From NCBI GenBank assembly GCA_963663765.2, contig CAXXUA010000004.1, positions 416,001 to 480,000 of the forward strand: 64,000 bases of DNA, given 5' to 3'. Positions 31,895-43,684 of this stretch are shown in pieces. The stretch's first letter is position 1, and each line of letters opens with the position of its first letter. This DNA comes from Candidatus Poribacteria bacterium. Its GTDB lineage: Bacteria > Poribacteria > WGA-4E > WGA-3G. The position numbers and the translations under genes were made by a program. The notes under the pieces are model-generated. The model worked only from the letters and a program-made list of their open reading frames with translations, was not told where the DNA came from and ran no database searches.

Positions 31895-34237
31895 TTATTC
31901 ATCTTCGGAGTTCTCATCATTTTGGTCAAAATATTTGAACTTGTCGTTCTCATCAAATATGAAGGTAGCCGACCCTACTCCGTCAACACGCACTTTAATA
32001 TTACTATCTCTATCAAGTTCTATTCTAACATCACCTAAACCTAAAGTTCCTCCTCCACCAGAAATCGTAGAACTGCTATTTCCCTGTTTGAGCTGATATC
32101 CCTTACCTTTTTTCTTCAACTCAATCTGTTCTGTTTGCATCCAGTTGAGGATTGCTTTTGCTTCTTCAGCTTTGCTTGCATATTCTATCGGTGGTTTCGG
32201 TGGGATTATATTATGGCTTAGTTCCTTACCTTTAATCTCATTTCTTGCTTTAGTAACTATTTGATCCCAATCCCAAAGGAGTATTGTACCATCAGAACTT
32301 GCGGTAGCTAATGTCTTTCCATCATGAGAGAACTTGAGGGAATTGATTCTTTCTGTATGTCCCGTTAGTCTTCCAAGATTCCAACCCATGTTAGCATCAA
32401 TTAATTGGATCTCGTAATCCCAACCTATTCTTCTTGCGAAGAGTAGTATCTTACTATCAGGAGAGAATCCTAACTCGTCCCCTATTCTGGTGACCTCTAT
32501 CGTTCCAAGTTTTATTATCTCGTTTTGTTCAATCGTCCACAGAACGATGCCCTTTCGCGAACCAGTAGCCAGTCGTGTGTTGTCAGGAGAAAATGCTAAT
32601 GCTGTAGTCTTTTCCATATCTTGGTGTGTTATTTCCTTTTGTGTTCTTGCATTCCATAAACGTGTTGTCGCATGTGTGCCATAAGCTGCAAAAAGTTTTC
32701 CATTTGGGGAATATACCAACTCTCTTGGAAATGGTTCTATTGCATGAATGCTGAACACTTCCTCTCCAGTGTCAATGTTCCATGCAATAATGCCATCCCA
32801 GCCGACACATGCAGCTAGGACCTTCTTATCGTTGGAAAATACAAGTCCATTAATGGATTTCTCTATATTTTCCCACGGACCGGAAATCTCCTGATCTGTG
32901 GTAATGTCGCGCACTCTAACCCCATCAAGATTGATTTCTCCACCTCCGCTGAAACCAGAACTCAACGGATCATAAACCTTTATCCAGTTTTGGCTGCGCG
33001 TAGCAAGAAGCGTCGCATCATCAGATAATGTCACAACGTCTAAAAATTTATTTTCACCTAAATTGAAACTATTTATACTGCTGCCGTCTTTAACATTCCA
33101 AACATCTATTGTGCCATTCAAACCTACACTTGTAAGTATCGTGCTGTCTTTAGTAAATTCCATTGTAGAGACTGATTCGGAAAACCCAGTTGCAAAAGTT
33201 GAAATCTCAAAACCCGTGTTTTGGTCCCAAAATCGAATTGTTCCATCATAGCTACCGCTCGCAATCGTTCTACCATCTGGGGACGCGGTTAACGCACATA
33301 TCCCATTCGTGTGTCCTGCAAGTATTGCAAGTTCGTCATTCGTTTCTACTGACCATAGTCTGATGATACCTGCTGCATCACCACTTGCAAGGATTTCTCC
33401 ATTGTGAGAAAAAGTAACGGATAAAATCCGCGATCTGTGATTTTTTAGGATTGAGAGGTTCTTGCCATTTTCTGTGTTCCAAATACAGACTGTCTTATCC
33501 TCACACCCACTCGCAAGAATTTTTCCATCTGGTGAGAATGCTAATGTCCATACTTCCTTGTCTTCATTATTCAGTAATCCTGCGTGTCCTCTTAGTCTAA
33601 CACGGGTATTCCCTATTGTGTCAAATAGATTTATCCCTCCTACCCGATTGCCAGTCGCAAATCCGTTGTATTCTTTTGAGTAAGCAAGTGCTTCGAATGA
33701 TTCTAACTGACCAACTCTCTTTGATCTTGTTCCTGATTCAATATCCCAATGACTAATTGTTCTATAAGTGTTCATAGTAATAAATGTATTACCATCTTCA
33801 ACATAATCCAAGAATGAAATAGAGGCGTGACTTGATATAATATCCCTAATCTCTATATTTTCATTTGTTAAGTTAACATGCGATAGTTTTTTTGCTGTAT
33901 TTACATCCCACAGTTGTATGATAGGGTTAGAAAACCCTCCACTTGCAATTGTCTGTCCATCTGGTGAGAACGCAATTGCATTGACCTGTCCTTTATGTCC
34001 TGTAAACATAGCAGTCTCTTGACCTGTTTGGACATCATATAACCACAATCCGACATCTGTTCCCACGGCAAGATGTGATCCATCTGGTGAAAATCGCATG
34101 ATATTTATGCCACCTTTACCTAAACGTGCGATTGCTCCTTCAGGTAATCCTGCCTTCGTGTTGTCTTGGGCATAACTTAACGTGAGACATGTCATGATTA
34201 TCTGCAGAACAATGACAAATATAAGTTTCGTTTTCAT
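31895..34237 (-). CDS. secreted WD40-repeat protein
   Basis: Signal peptide; many GH...FSPDG..LASG..D..I.LWD repeats. Confidence 0.9.
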   Translation of the reverse strand: MKTKLIFVIVLQIIMTCLTLSYAQDNTKAGLPEGAIARLGKGGINIMRFSPDGSHLAVGTDVGLWLYDVQTGQETAMFTGHKGQVNAIAFSPDGQTIASGGFSNPIIQLWDVNTAKKLSHVNLTNENIEIRDIISSHASISFLDYVEDGNTFITMNTYRTISHWDIESGTRSKRVGQLESFEALAYSKEYNGFATGNRVGGINLFDTIGNTRVRLRGHAGLLNNEDKEVWTLAFSPDGKILASGCEDKTVCIWNTENGKNLSILKNHRSRILSVTFSHNGEILASGDAAGIIRLWSVETNDELAILAGHTNGICALTASPDGRTIASGSYDGTIRFWDQNTGFEISTFATGFSESVSTMEFTKDSTILTSVGLNGTIDVWNVKDGSSINSFNLGENKFLDVVTLSDDATLLATRSQNWIKVYDPLSSGFSGGGEINLDGVRVRDITTDQEISGPWENIEKSINGLVFSNDKKVLAACVGWDGIIAWNIDTGEEVFSIHAIEPFPRELVYSPNGKLFAAYGTHATTRLWNARTQKEITHQDMEKTTALAFSPDNTRLATGSRKGIVLWTIEQNEIIKLGTIEVTRIGDELGFSPDSKILLFARRIGWDYEIQLIDANMGWNLGRLTGHTERINSLKFSHDGKTLATASSDGTILLWDWDQIVTKARNEIKGKELSHNIIPPKPPIEYASKAEEAKAILNWMQTEQIELKKKGKGYQLKQGNSSSTISGGGGTLGLGDVRIELDRDSNIKVRVDGVGSATFIFDENDKFKYFDQNDENSEDE

Positions 34238-34729
34238 CTCTTAATCTATGCAATATGTTACTTAATCTATGCAATATGTTAGTCGTTTTGCGTTGTGCTA
34301 AACGAATGTTTATTTTTATTCAATGAAAGTACTGATTATCTGAATACATACCGTTGATATGTCGTGTAAAATAACTTTTAAGCCAGTCATAGTAAGGACT
34401 GAAAGGCATTAATTTTCCAGAAGATAATTTTTTATGTGGTTTATTGGTATTTGTTTTTTCAATCATTTATTTTTGAGTTAAATTTGACGATTCGTTTTTA
34501 AAATGTTTTCAAATGAAAACATTTTTCGTTTTTTGAAAACATTATATATATATTGCTATAAGCCCAGTCGTAGCAAAGGTTTTCAGATGTTTTATTGGAA
34601 ATTTAAAAAATATTTTTCGGTGAAATGTAACATTCTGTTATTTAGATGAGCAGTACGTTTCAACTCTATATATTTGTTATGTAATATGTATTATAACACA
34701 TATAAATATTCCTGTCAAGAATTTTTCGA

Positions 34730-34851
34730 CAGGACATACGCAGTTTTCATGATTTAATCAAGAATTGTGCTGAAAATGATGTAATTTCCAGCACAATTCT
34801 TGCTTCCAGCGCGCTTACAAAGCGCGCCTACCGTTGGGTGTTTAAGTCCTG
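34730..34851 (-). mobile_element. 122-bp MITE (CAGGACTTACGCA family), TSD TTCGA
   Basis: Imperfect TIRs; TTCGA on both sides; homologous to the 58079 and 58264 copies. Confidence 0.85.
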
Positions 34852-34884
34852 TTCGAAATAACTGATGCAGTTATAAAAGTATTA

Positions 34885-35886
34885 TTACATCTCATCATTC
34901 CATTGAAGAACAACCCCGAGTAGTCCAGGATTCCATTCCATTAGCAATTGATAGGCTTTCGGTGCGTCATGACCGGGAACACGATGACTAATCAATGGTG
35001 CAACATTGAACCTTTTATGTGCGATGAGAGATAACATCAACCGTCCATCATCTTCGCTGGTCCAGAAATTTGGTGCGGACTCTTGTCGTGGACGAATGGA
35101 ATTGTGTGCACCATAGAGTACTAATCCCTTTTTATGCACATCACGATAGAAGTTAACTTTTGGTGTTTCTCCACGTGTGCTTGCTAACAATACCAGGCGC
35201 GCTCCCCAACCTGCTGCAGACAACGCTGTTGTAATCGCATCTGGATGTCCCGTTGCTTCAATCACGATTGCTGGACCTTTACCCATGGTGGCATTTTTCA
35301 ATCTTTCAGAAAAATCTAAATCCTCTGGGTTTAGAGTATCATCAGCACCAACGCATTTTGAGAGTTCAAGACGGCTATCAGTTAAATCTGCTGCTATCAC
35401 GGGGATTGCACCACTCAATTTCGCAAGCTGCAGCGCAAGCAAACCGATGAGTCCTTGTCCTATGACCAATGCAGATTCTCCCAATTCAATCCGTGCTTTC
35501 CGTACCCCTTGTAGGGCAATTGCACTGAGATTGAAAAAAACTGCTTCTTCTGATGGGAAATCAGTAGAGTCAACTTTTAACAAGCGATTCGGAGATGTAA
35601 CAAAATGACTCGTATGTCCGTGTGTTGATGCAACGCGATCCCCTACTGCAAATCCACTCACACCATTTCCAACATCAACGATTTTACCGATATTGCTATA
35701 ACCGGGACGTGATGGATACCTTCCCATTGCATTTGGAAGACCCAATAAAAATGCACGTTCAGTTCCAGGACTGATGAGCGTACATTCTGATGCAACCAGT
35801 ACTTCATTGTCTTTTATCGCTGGAATTTCAAACTCTTCAATGTCAACTTTGGCACGTTCCAGCCAAATCACTCGTTGTCCTTGCAT
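34885..35886 (-). CDS. MDR/zinc-binding alcohol dehydrogenase-like
   Basis: ISPGTE; PGYSNIG; GQGLIG; IEATG. Confidence 0.9.
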   Translation of the reverse strand: MQGQRVIWLERAKVDIEEFEIPAIKDNEVLVASECTLISPGTERAFLLGLPNAMGRYPSRPGYSNIGKIVDVGNGVSGFAVGDRVASTHGHTSHFVTSPNRLLKVDSTDFPSEEAVFFNLSAIALQGVRKARIELGESALVIGQGLIGLLALQLAKLSGAIPVIAADLTDSRLELSKCVGADDTLNPEDLDFSERLKNATMGKGPAIVIEATGHPDAITTALSAAGWGARLVLLASTRGETPKVNFYRDVHKKGLVLYGAHNSIRPRQESAPNFWTSEDDGRLMLSLIAHKRFNVAPLISHRVPGHDAPKAYQLLMEWNPGLLGVVLQWNDEM

Positions 35887-35997
35887 AAAATATTCACCCC
35901 TTAAAAAATGAAGGATAATCGCTTATGGAGTATACCACAAAAACGACTATCCTTCAATTGAATATTTCATCTGAAGAAACGACACTATATTTGGATT

Positions 35998-37623
35998 CTA
36001 CCTGTCATTGGGTTTAATCCTTAATGTCTTATAATGTCCAGTGTTGTCTATTTCTTTGAAATAGATGAGCACAAGGCTTTCATCACTCTCTTTGAGTTGT
36101 TTGACGATTTTCTCGTAATCTTTAAAGTTATTTACAGGGTTATAATCTATCTCTTTAATGAGAAACCCTTTTTGTATACCTTTATTTGCTGCACTACTGT
36201 TAGGTTCAACCTTGGTTACAATTACACCTTCATCGTCCTTGTGTCCGTATCGTTTTGCGAGTTCAGGTGTTAGTTTTTCTACCTGCATGCCAGCAAAAGT
36301 TTCCTTTTCTTCATCCTTTTTTGGTATAACTGGATCCTCATTTTCAGTTACACTCGGATCAAGCGTAGCTAAAGCTTCTACTGTCCTTTGTTCTAATTTT
36401 GCAGTTAGCTGCTTGACTTTGCCTCTTCGGAGTATCTGTATCTGCACAGAAGCACCAACAGCAGTTGCACCAACAGCATGTCTTAAGTGTGCTGGATCCT
36501 GAATCTTTTCATTATTGAATACGAGTATAATGTCACCGCGTTTAATACCAGCCTTTTCTGCTGGACTCCCTCGTCCGACTTGATCAACAAGTACACCGAT
36601 TGGTTCATCAAGATTGTGTTTTTCTGCAAAATCATGGGTGATAGGTCCCATAGTTATTCCAAGCCAACCACGAATGATTTCTCCATTTTCAATGAGATCA
36701 GGGAGTATCTGCTTTACGAGATTGCTTGGAATTGCGAAACCTAAACCGATGTTGCCAGTTGTTATTCCACCAGTTGCAATGAAGGTATTAATACCAACTA
36801 GTTCTCCCCTGATATTTATCAGGGCACCACCACTATTCCCTTTGTTAATGGGGGCATCGGTCTGAATGAATCTTCCATAAGCAGTGAATCCTGTTCGTCC
36901 TTTTGCACTCACAATCCCGCGTGTTACCGATTGGGAATAGTTCAACGGTGTTCCAATAGCGATGACCCATTCTCCAACTTCCAGAGCGTTTGAATCTCCG
37001 AAAGGCAGCACAGAAAGTCCATCAGCATCAATCTTAATAACCGCTAAGTCCGAACCACCTACATTTTTCATAGCAGAATCGCTTCCAATTAACTCTGCTT
37101 TATATTCCTTACCGTTCGCTAAGGTTACAGAAATCTCTTCTGCATTTTCAATAACATGGTTATTCGTCAGAATATAACCGTCTTCACTGACTATCACGCC
37201 AGAACCGACTCCGCGGGGTGGAGTTGGGTTAGGTATATTCGGCATGTTCGGCATTAACTCTCTAAAGTCGAACTCAAACCAATCATCAGGTCTTCTCTGG
37301 TTGTCTCTATCCCTATCTTCCCGTGGAATTCCCTGAAATCTAAAGCGATTATTAGACTGGTTATTATTTTGCTTTATTTTCGTTGTAATTTGCACAACTG
37401 AAGACCGCGTTCGAGAAACAAGATTTATAAATGCACGATTGGCGCGATCAAGATATTGAAAATCTTCTGATTCTAAAAATGCATTGTCGGTTTCACCGAT
37501 AGCTGTAGGAATAACAAACTTATCTCCACCCTGTTGTATAATTAATCCTGTTACCAATACAAGTCCAACAAATACCAAAATGAATGCTGTACGTCTACCG
37601 AGTTTGTTTTTCAAATTAGTCAT
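35998..37623 (-). CDS. DegP/HtrA (Do) serine protease with two PDZ domains
   Basis: TNNHV; DLAV; QTDAPINKGNSGG. Confidence 0.95.
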   Translation of the reverse strand: MTNLKNKLGRRTAFILVFVGLVLVTGLIIQQGGDKFVIPTAIGETDNAFLESEDFQYLDRANRAFINLVSRTRSSVVQITTKIKQNNNQSNNRFRFQGIPREDRDRDNQRRPDDWFEFDFRELMPNMPNIPNPTPPRGVGSGVIVSEDGYILTNNHVIENAEEISVTLANGKEYKAELIGSDSAMKNVGGSDLAVIKIDADGLSVLPFGDSNALEVGEWVIAIGTPLNYSQSVTRGIVSAKGRTGFTAYGRFIQTDAPINKGNSGGALINIRGELVGINTFIATGGITTGNIGLGFAIPSNLVKQILPDLIENGEIIRGWLGITMGPITHDFAEKHNLDEPIGVLVDQVGRGSPAEKAGIKRGDIILVFNNEKIQDPAHLRHAVGATAVGASVQIQILRRGKVKQLTAKLEQRTVEALATLDPSVTENEDPVIPKKDEEKETFAGMQVEKLTPELAKRYGHKDDEGVIVTKVEPNSSAANKGIQKGFLIKEIDYNPVNNFKDYEKIVKQLKESDESLVLIYFKEIDNTGHYKTLRIKPNDR

Positions 37624-37738
37624 TTTCTAGTACCTCCACCAAATATAATCAATTCTGTATTGTAATATTTCTTTTTTTACCTAATTAAAACACACTTTTT
37701 AAGCATCAAAGTTGCAAAAAGTATATGTAAAAGTCTTT

Positions 37739-38095
37739 CTACTCTCCACGAGAAATCTTGTCTACATGTTCACGGACAATTTGTTCTGGGCAACTCTTGA
37801 TAAATATCCATGCTCCCGGTACCAAAATAATCAAAGCACCAATCAAGAGATCTTCTAACCTTCCAACAATAGGAAAGACATCAGGAATGAAATCAATAGG
37901 GATCACCAAATAGGCGATAGCAAATGCTCCAGCGAGAATTTCTGTAATTACAAGAATCGCCTTCCGATAGACAGGAACGCGCTCGTCACGAAATAACCGC
38001 ATAGTCAACCGAATAAAGTTCGGAAAATGGAGTAAGATGCGAAAAAAACGTATGAGACCCCGTCCTTTAGCACCAAAGAAAAATGGATTAATCAT
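37739..38095 (-). CDS. DUF1232/YkvA family membrane protein
   Basis: YLVIPIDFIPDVFPIVGRLED. Confidence 0.85.
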   Translation of the reverse strand: MINPFFFGAKGRGLIRFFRILLHFPNFIRLTMRLFRDERVPVYRKAILVITEILAGAFAIAYLVIPIDFIPDVFPIVGRLEDLLIGALIILVPGAWIFIKSCPEQIVREHVDKISRGE

Positions 38096-38299
38096 ATATC
38101 CATTTTACCAAAACAATAGGACACAGTGCAAGTCATTTTTCTTTGCTACTATGTTAAATAGCGTCGATTTAATTTTTCTTTTATTTTTTTGCAATTTGTG
38201 TTAGTATATTTTTTACTATTCTGGTAATAATTGTAATTATCCGTAACCTTTAGTGGAAATCAAAAACAGACGATATGTCACACAAGGAGAACTTCAGAA

Positions 38300-39091
38300 A
38301 TGAAAACTAATTACATCTTCACAATTTTGGTCCTTATAATGATGTTGAGTGTGTCTGTGTCATTGTATGCACAAGTGCAAAAAGAAAACCTTGTTGGGTG
38401 GTGGCATTTTGAAGACGAAACGGAAGAAACAGGTAACTGGAGTGATTTGATGCTTGAAGGTGCTACACTTGAGGGTGGTCAACTTGTCCTTGGAAACGGT
38501 ATGTGGGCACATACTGTTGAATACAGTGGACCTGACATCATAGAATTGACGTTGGCAGCTTGGGTAACATTAGATAACCTTGACGAAAAAAATGGTTCCG
38601 CATTAACATTGGATGGAAATAATAGAGATCAGTTTTGTGGAATAGTCTATGGTGAGAGGACTGCCAGACAGTGGATGTCCGGCAGTAGCAACTTTCTTCG
38701 GACACATGATTTTCCACAAGTAGTTACTGAAAGCAAAACTGGTGAAAAGCTTTTGTTAGCGATCACTTACAAGGATACTGGGAATAAGTACGAGGTCACT
38801 GGCTACCGGAACGGAAAAAGTATGGGGAGTTATAAAGCTAATCATCAAGGTAACCCTATGGTTCTCCAAACATGGACAGAAGATACTTCCGAGGCAATAA
38901 TGGGTACGCGCCATACTACTGGTGGAAATAATAAGGTGACTCGCAATTTCATCGCTGCACATCTTGAAGAAGCACGAATATACAATGTTGCATTGACAGA
39001 AGCAGATATTCAAAAAATGTATAGTGGTGACCTTCCAGTTGAACCACTCGGAAAACTTGCAACGCGTTGGGGAAAAATAAAATCACGGTAA
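38300..39091 (+). CDS. secreted LamG-like jelly-roll protein with conserved C-terminal tag
   Basis: Signal peptide; LVGWWHFE; EEARIYNVALT; VEPLGKLATRWGKIK. Confidence 0.85.
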   Translation: MKTNYIFTILVLIMMLSVSVSLYAQVQKENLVGWWHFEDETEETGNWSDLMLEGATLEGGQLVLGNGMWAHTVEYSGPDIIELTLAAWVTLDNLDEKNGSALTLDGNNRDQFCGIVYGERTARQWMSGSSNFLRTHDFPQVVTESKTGEKLLLAITYKDTGNKYEVTGYRNGKSMGSYKANHQGNPMVLQTWTEDTSEAIMGTRHTTGGNNKVTRNFIAAHLEEARIYNVALTEADIQKMYSGDLPVEPLGKLATRWGKIKSR

Positions 39092-39324
39092 GATTTGAAT
39101 ACTTTTGTAGGTGCGGTGTTCTGTCGTACCCTTATACGTCAATTTAAGGATTTTGACCTCTTGTGGGAGGGGTTTTCAACCCCGATTTAGCAATTTGAAA
39201 CCTGTATATTCGGGGTTGAAAACCCCTCCCACAAGAGAATATGCCATCAGCACTTTCTTAAATTGACGCTTAAAGTGTTGATTTCTATCTACCGTGAATA
39301 ATGAAGACTATTGTGTTTATATTG

Positions 39325-39708
39325 ACGAGTTGTGCTAATTAACTATATGTTAATCATTGTTTCACATAAGCATGACGTTTTGCAAGTCTCATTCATAGTT
39401 TGAAACGATCTTCAGTCCCGTAGGGACGATATGTTTATAGAAAAACGTCATAGTACATCCTCTTTAGTCCCGTAGGGACGATATGTTTGCATTATAAACC
39501 TAATATAACGCAAGTTGCTACCTATAAGGTTTAGACAAATAAGCACCTATTTTTATAGAGTATAATCCACTTTTCGGTAGTATTTGTAGCACAAACTGTC
39601 AGTTTGTGTTCACTGATGCACATTCTAACAGATTGTGCTACATTGGTAGCAACATAGGTTAATATATGTAAAAACTTTGAAAACAATGGGTTAACTGGCA
39701 CAAGTCGT
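39325..39708. mobile_element. second copy of the ACGA-TIR MITE with a nested insertion
   Basis: Reverse-complement match to 25849-26122; extra ~150 bp bounded by GTTGCTACC/GGTAGCAAC. Confidence 0.7.
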
Positions 39709-41009
39709 TATGTTACCAAATCAATACACTACGAACAAAACGCAAACCCTCTTTGCTCCAGCGAAGCAATATGTTTATAGCCACATTGTCAACCGAACAA
39801 ACTGAAAACTAACAACTGAAAACTACTGTAAATCTATTGGAAATCCCAATAAACAAACACCCAAAACCTTACCAACCCCACCCATAAACATATATAATAT
39901 AGACAATACAAAATACACGAAAAAAACACAAAATACATCAACAAAAAAACCGTACCGAAAAATAGAAAATATTTTCCAAAAAACCGCACAAAAAACAACG
40001 ATCAACATAGATGACAACTGGACGCAACGCGTGTTTTCAAAACCGTACCGCAAACCGAGAAAACCGTACCGCACGGTACGGTTTCAAATTGTAGAAATTT
40101 CTTATGAAATCTCAAAAAATAAACTACAATTTGCAGTCATTTTTCACTAAAAAAGAGCAAAATCTCACTAACTATCGTAAAGCATATAATTATTAGGACA
40201 TTTTGAGCATCAACCTGTTAATTTATGCAGAGGTGGACATAAACTACAGCATTCCATAGAGTATACTATAGTTTGGACAATTTTATTCAAACATGTGTTG
40301 ATAAGAAATTGGTTGACCGCTTATGATACCAAATCAAGACAAAACGACCAGTACAGAATCTTTCTTTGCTCCAGCAGAGCAATATGTTTATAGTCACATT
40401 GTCAGTCCACATCCCCGCTCCAGCGGAGCGGTATGCGCGGATATTCCGTTTTCTATAAACATAGCACTCCGCTGGAGCGCAGCATTTTCTACAGTTTCAC
40501 GAATATACGAAACTCGTAGAAAAATAGACGTTCTATTGAATACTCAACTTCTACAAACTGAGAATTGTCCAAACGATAGTATTTAATAGCAAAAAACAAA
40601 AATGTCACACTTTCCAAAATAAGAGTTTTTTAGATTCACACAAAAACACTTCTAAACCCTTACTATGACTGCGACTATAGCCAATATGAAATGTTACCAA
40701 AAAAACGATAAAAGTGTCCATTTGGAAACATTTTGTGAACAATAAAACGAAAATACATTGGAAATTTAACACCCGTTTGTCTCTGAATTAGAAAAAAGTT
40801 GTGCAAAAAATATGAGATTTCAAGTAAAATAACTACTACTTATCTCATAAATGGAAGAAGGGGGTTCTAACCGCGATTTAAAAGACACACGAAATGGCGA
40901 AGTGGAACAAAATCGCATTTATGAGATAGGGTGTATAGAAGGTTAATGTATACGATCAAAATAACAGTTTCAGACAAAATAACAGTTTCAGAATACATAA
41001 ACGGAGACA

Positions 41010-42521
41010 TTGAATATGCAAACACATTCAAACCTGTTAAGCGATAAACAGATGCAAGATTTCATTGTACGCGGATATGTCACTGTGAAAACGGAGCTTC
41101 CAAGAAGTATCCACGAAACCATCTACCGAAAAACACAGGACTGCACGGAGAAAGAAGGAAACCCAGGGAATAATATCTTACCAAGGGTGCCAGAACTTCA
41201 AGCAGTTTTTGATGATTCTAACGTACGTGGTGCATTTACCAGTATCTTAGGTAAGAATTATGTGATGCATTCACATCGGCATCCACATCGGAATGCACCA
41301 CATAGTAAAGGTCAAGGTTTCCACATGGATAGCTACTGGGGACATCAGAAGGTACGACACCATTATCCACGTTGGGCAATGGCGTTCTATTATCCACAAG
41401 ATACTCCACAGGAAATCGGTCCTTCGTCTGTCCTATCGGGAACGCAATACTACAGTCAACGGATTACGGATGATAACAACGGTGAAATCGTCTTGAGTGG
41501 TGAAGCAGGAACAGTATCCATCATCCATTTTGATTTGTGGCATCGTGCGATTGCAAATCAGACCGACAAAACACGTTACATGATGAAGTTTCAGTTTATT
41601 CGTCTGGATGAACCACAAAAACCGGAATGGAATGTGGAAAGCAATAATTGGAATACTCATGAATATGAATTAAATAAGAATCCTGCATCAGAAAAGCATC
41701 AAACCACATGGCGACATGTGTGGAATTGGATGACAGGAAATGGAAACAGACATGCCACCCAAAATACCAATGGTAATTTGGGGAAACACATTGAAAAACT
41801 ATGTGATGAGAACCCTAATGTCCGTTCTGATGCTGCTGATGAAATAGGACAGTTAGGTGAAAATGCATCAGATGCACTTCCCGCACTTAGTCAAGCATTG
41901 CATGATGAATATGAACCTGTACGACTAAACGCTGCTTATGCTTTGGGGGCAATTGGGGAAGAGGCAGTACCTGTTCTAATTGAGAATCTTGTCTCCGAAA
42001 ATGGACAAGTAAGACGTAAGGCTGCGTATGGTTTAGGCGCAGTTGGAGCACCTGCAGTACCAGCACTTATTGAGGTATTAGAACATGAAAATGATGATGT
42101 TAGAGTTGAAGCAACTTATGCATTAGCACAAATTGGAAATGATGCTAACCCCGCAGTTGCAGCATTGATTGCAAGATCAAAAGATAATAAGGTTGAAGTC
42201 CGTAGATATATTCCAGAAGCTTTTGGCAGCATTGGTGTAAACGCAGCACCCGCAGTACCAACGTTAATTGAAATGTTAGAAAATGATGAAGATGTACAAG
42301 TCCGTTTTGAGTCTGCATTGGCATTAGCACAGATTGGTCCTGCCTCTGTTGATGCAATACCAGTATTGACAAACGCTTTACATGATAAAAACCGATATGT
42401 ACGTGACAATTCTATACATGCACTCAGACAAATAGATACGCCAGAAGCTAAGACTGCACTAATGGATTACTTAGTGACAACGCGTTGGTGTGACATCACC
42501 AACAAGGACAGTAAATTTTGA
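41010..42521 (+). CDS. PhyH dioxygenase-HEAT repeat fusion (paralog of 11927-13297)
   Basis: NPGNNILPRVPE; HMD...LWHR; HEAT repeats; TTRWC.IT C-terminus. Confidence 0.85.
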   Translation: MNMQTHSNLLSDKQMQDFIVRGYVTVKTELPRSIHETIYRKTQDCTEKEGNPGNNILPRVPELQAVFDDSNVRGAFTSILGKNYVMHSHRHPHRNAPHSKGQGFHMDSYWGHQKVRHHYPRWAMAFYYPQDTPQEIGPSSVLSGTQYYSQRITDDNNGEIVLSGEAGTVSIIHFDLWHRAIANQTDKTRYMMKFQFIRLDEPQKPEWNVESNNWNTHEYELNKNPASEKHQTTWRHVWNWMTGNGNRHATQNTNGNLGKHIEKLCDENPNVRSDAADEIGQLGENASDALPALSQALHDEYEPVRLNAAYALGAIGEEAVPVLIENLVSENGQVRRKAAYGLGAVGAPAVPALIEVLEHENDDVRVEATYALAQIGNDANPAVAALIARSKDNKVEVRRYIPEAFGSIGVNAAPAVPTLIEMLENDEDVQVRFESALALAQIGPASVDAIPVLTNALHDKNRYVRDNSIHALRQIDTPEAKTALMDYLVTTRWCDITNKDSKF

Positions 42522-42852
42522 TAGTGGTTGTAATAACATTTTCTCAACCTATTGACACGGGTTGCGAACCTACCATAGACGTCAATTGAAGAAAAATGTG
42601 TTTGCGTTCTCTGTAGGATCGACCTCTCGGTTGTGACCGTATGGAGACCATATATAATAACAGTTGTGACCAGGAGGTCGCTCCTACCAAATAAAAGAAT
42701 AGAATACGTAGTAGAAATGTAAACTTATTTTCAAATTTCACTATAACTGCTTTTGCTCATTGATAGAAAAGATATGGAATAATAAGTATAGATTTGATAT
42801 ACTATAGAAATATATACCAATTTCATGGTGATCTTTACATAGGAGTTTAACA

Positions 42853-43545
42853 ATGCTCAGACGATTCATTTTATCCTGCTTATTTATCGGTTTTATCGTA
42901 TTTTCAATAGGTTGCCAAGCTATACTAACAGAACAAGTATGGAGTGAAAACTACGCACTTTTGAATGGAGTTACCTCATCAAGTCCACAGATGATTGATG
43001 GCGATATTGCAACTATTGGAGAAACTCAACATCTTAGTAACCAAAGGTTTGCTGGGTGGGGTACTGGTGTTTCAATCAAATTACCTGAAAAAAAGAACAT
43101 CCGTAAAATCGTTATACATTCCGACAATATCAAAAAACTAATTGTCTATGCTGATAAAGGTGGGACTGCTTTATCCCAGACAGATTGGCACATTATTAAA
43201 GAGGTCAGAGGCATAAAAAAATATCCGATTGTAATACCAATTTTACATTCTTTTCCAGTCGACCATATAAGAATTGTCGTTTCTGACACTTCAGACGATG
43301 GAATTCAACGACGACAAGAAAAAGCTGAATTCTACAGTCAAACTTCAACAAGAGATAGACAATTTATGGGAAATAACTTCAGTAATAGGATGAGAGGGAG
43401 AAGGAGTTTTTCTGCACGAATAGGTGAAATTGAACTCTATGGATACAAAGCCAAAACAGATGAGCCAATCAATACAGAAAACAAACGTGAAGAAGAACTT
43501 GATGCAATTCTTGAACCAAATCAAGATACTTCCAAATTTGAATAG
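42853..43545 (+). CDS. lipoprotein, discoidin/F5-8-like fold
   Basis: Lipobox SIGC; WSENYALLNGV; IDGD; IGEIELYGY. Confidence 0.75.
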   Translation: MLRRFILSCLFIGFIVFSIGCQAILTEQVWSENYALLNGVTSSSPQMIDGDIATIGETQHLSNQRFAGWGTGVSIKLPEKKNIRKIVIHSDNIKKLIVYADKGGTALSQTDWHIIKEVRGIKKYPIVIPILHSFPVDHIRIVVSDTSDDGIQRRQEKAEFYSQTSTRDRQFMGNNFSNRMRGRRSFSARIGEIELYGYKAKTDEPINTENKREEELDAILEPNQDTSKFE

Positions 43546-43684
43546 TTATTATTGAAAATCAGAATACTGAAATTATAAGAAAGTTGATTTAGTTGACATT
43601 TCGGTTATACTAAAGTTATAATGTTAATACTTGACAGAATTAGTCAATAATTTTCAAATTCATTACACACTCGGAGACAATAAA

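Noticed and set aside
39823-40074. 83-aa Phe/Val-rich ORF
   Set aside because: Arises from a low-complexity T/G-rich strand; no clear RBS or recognisable motif.
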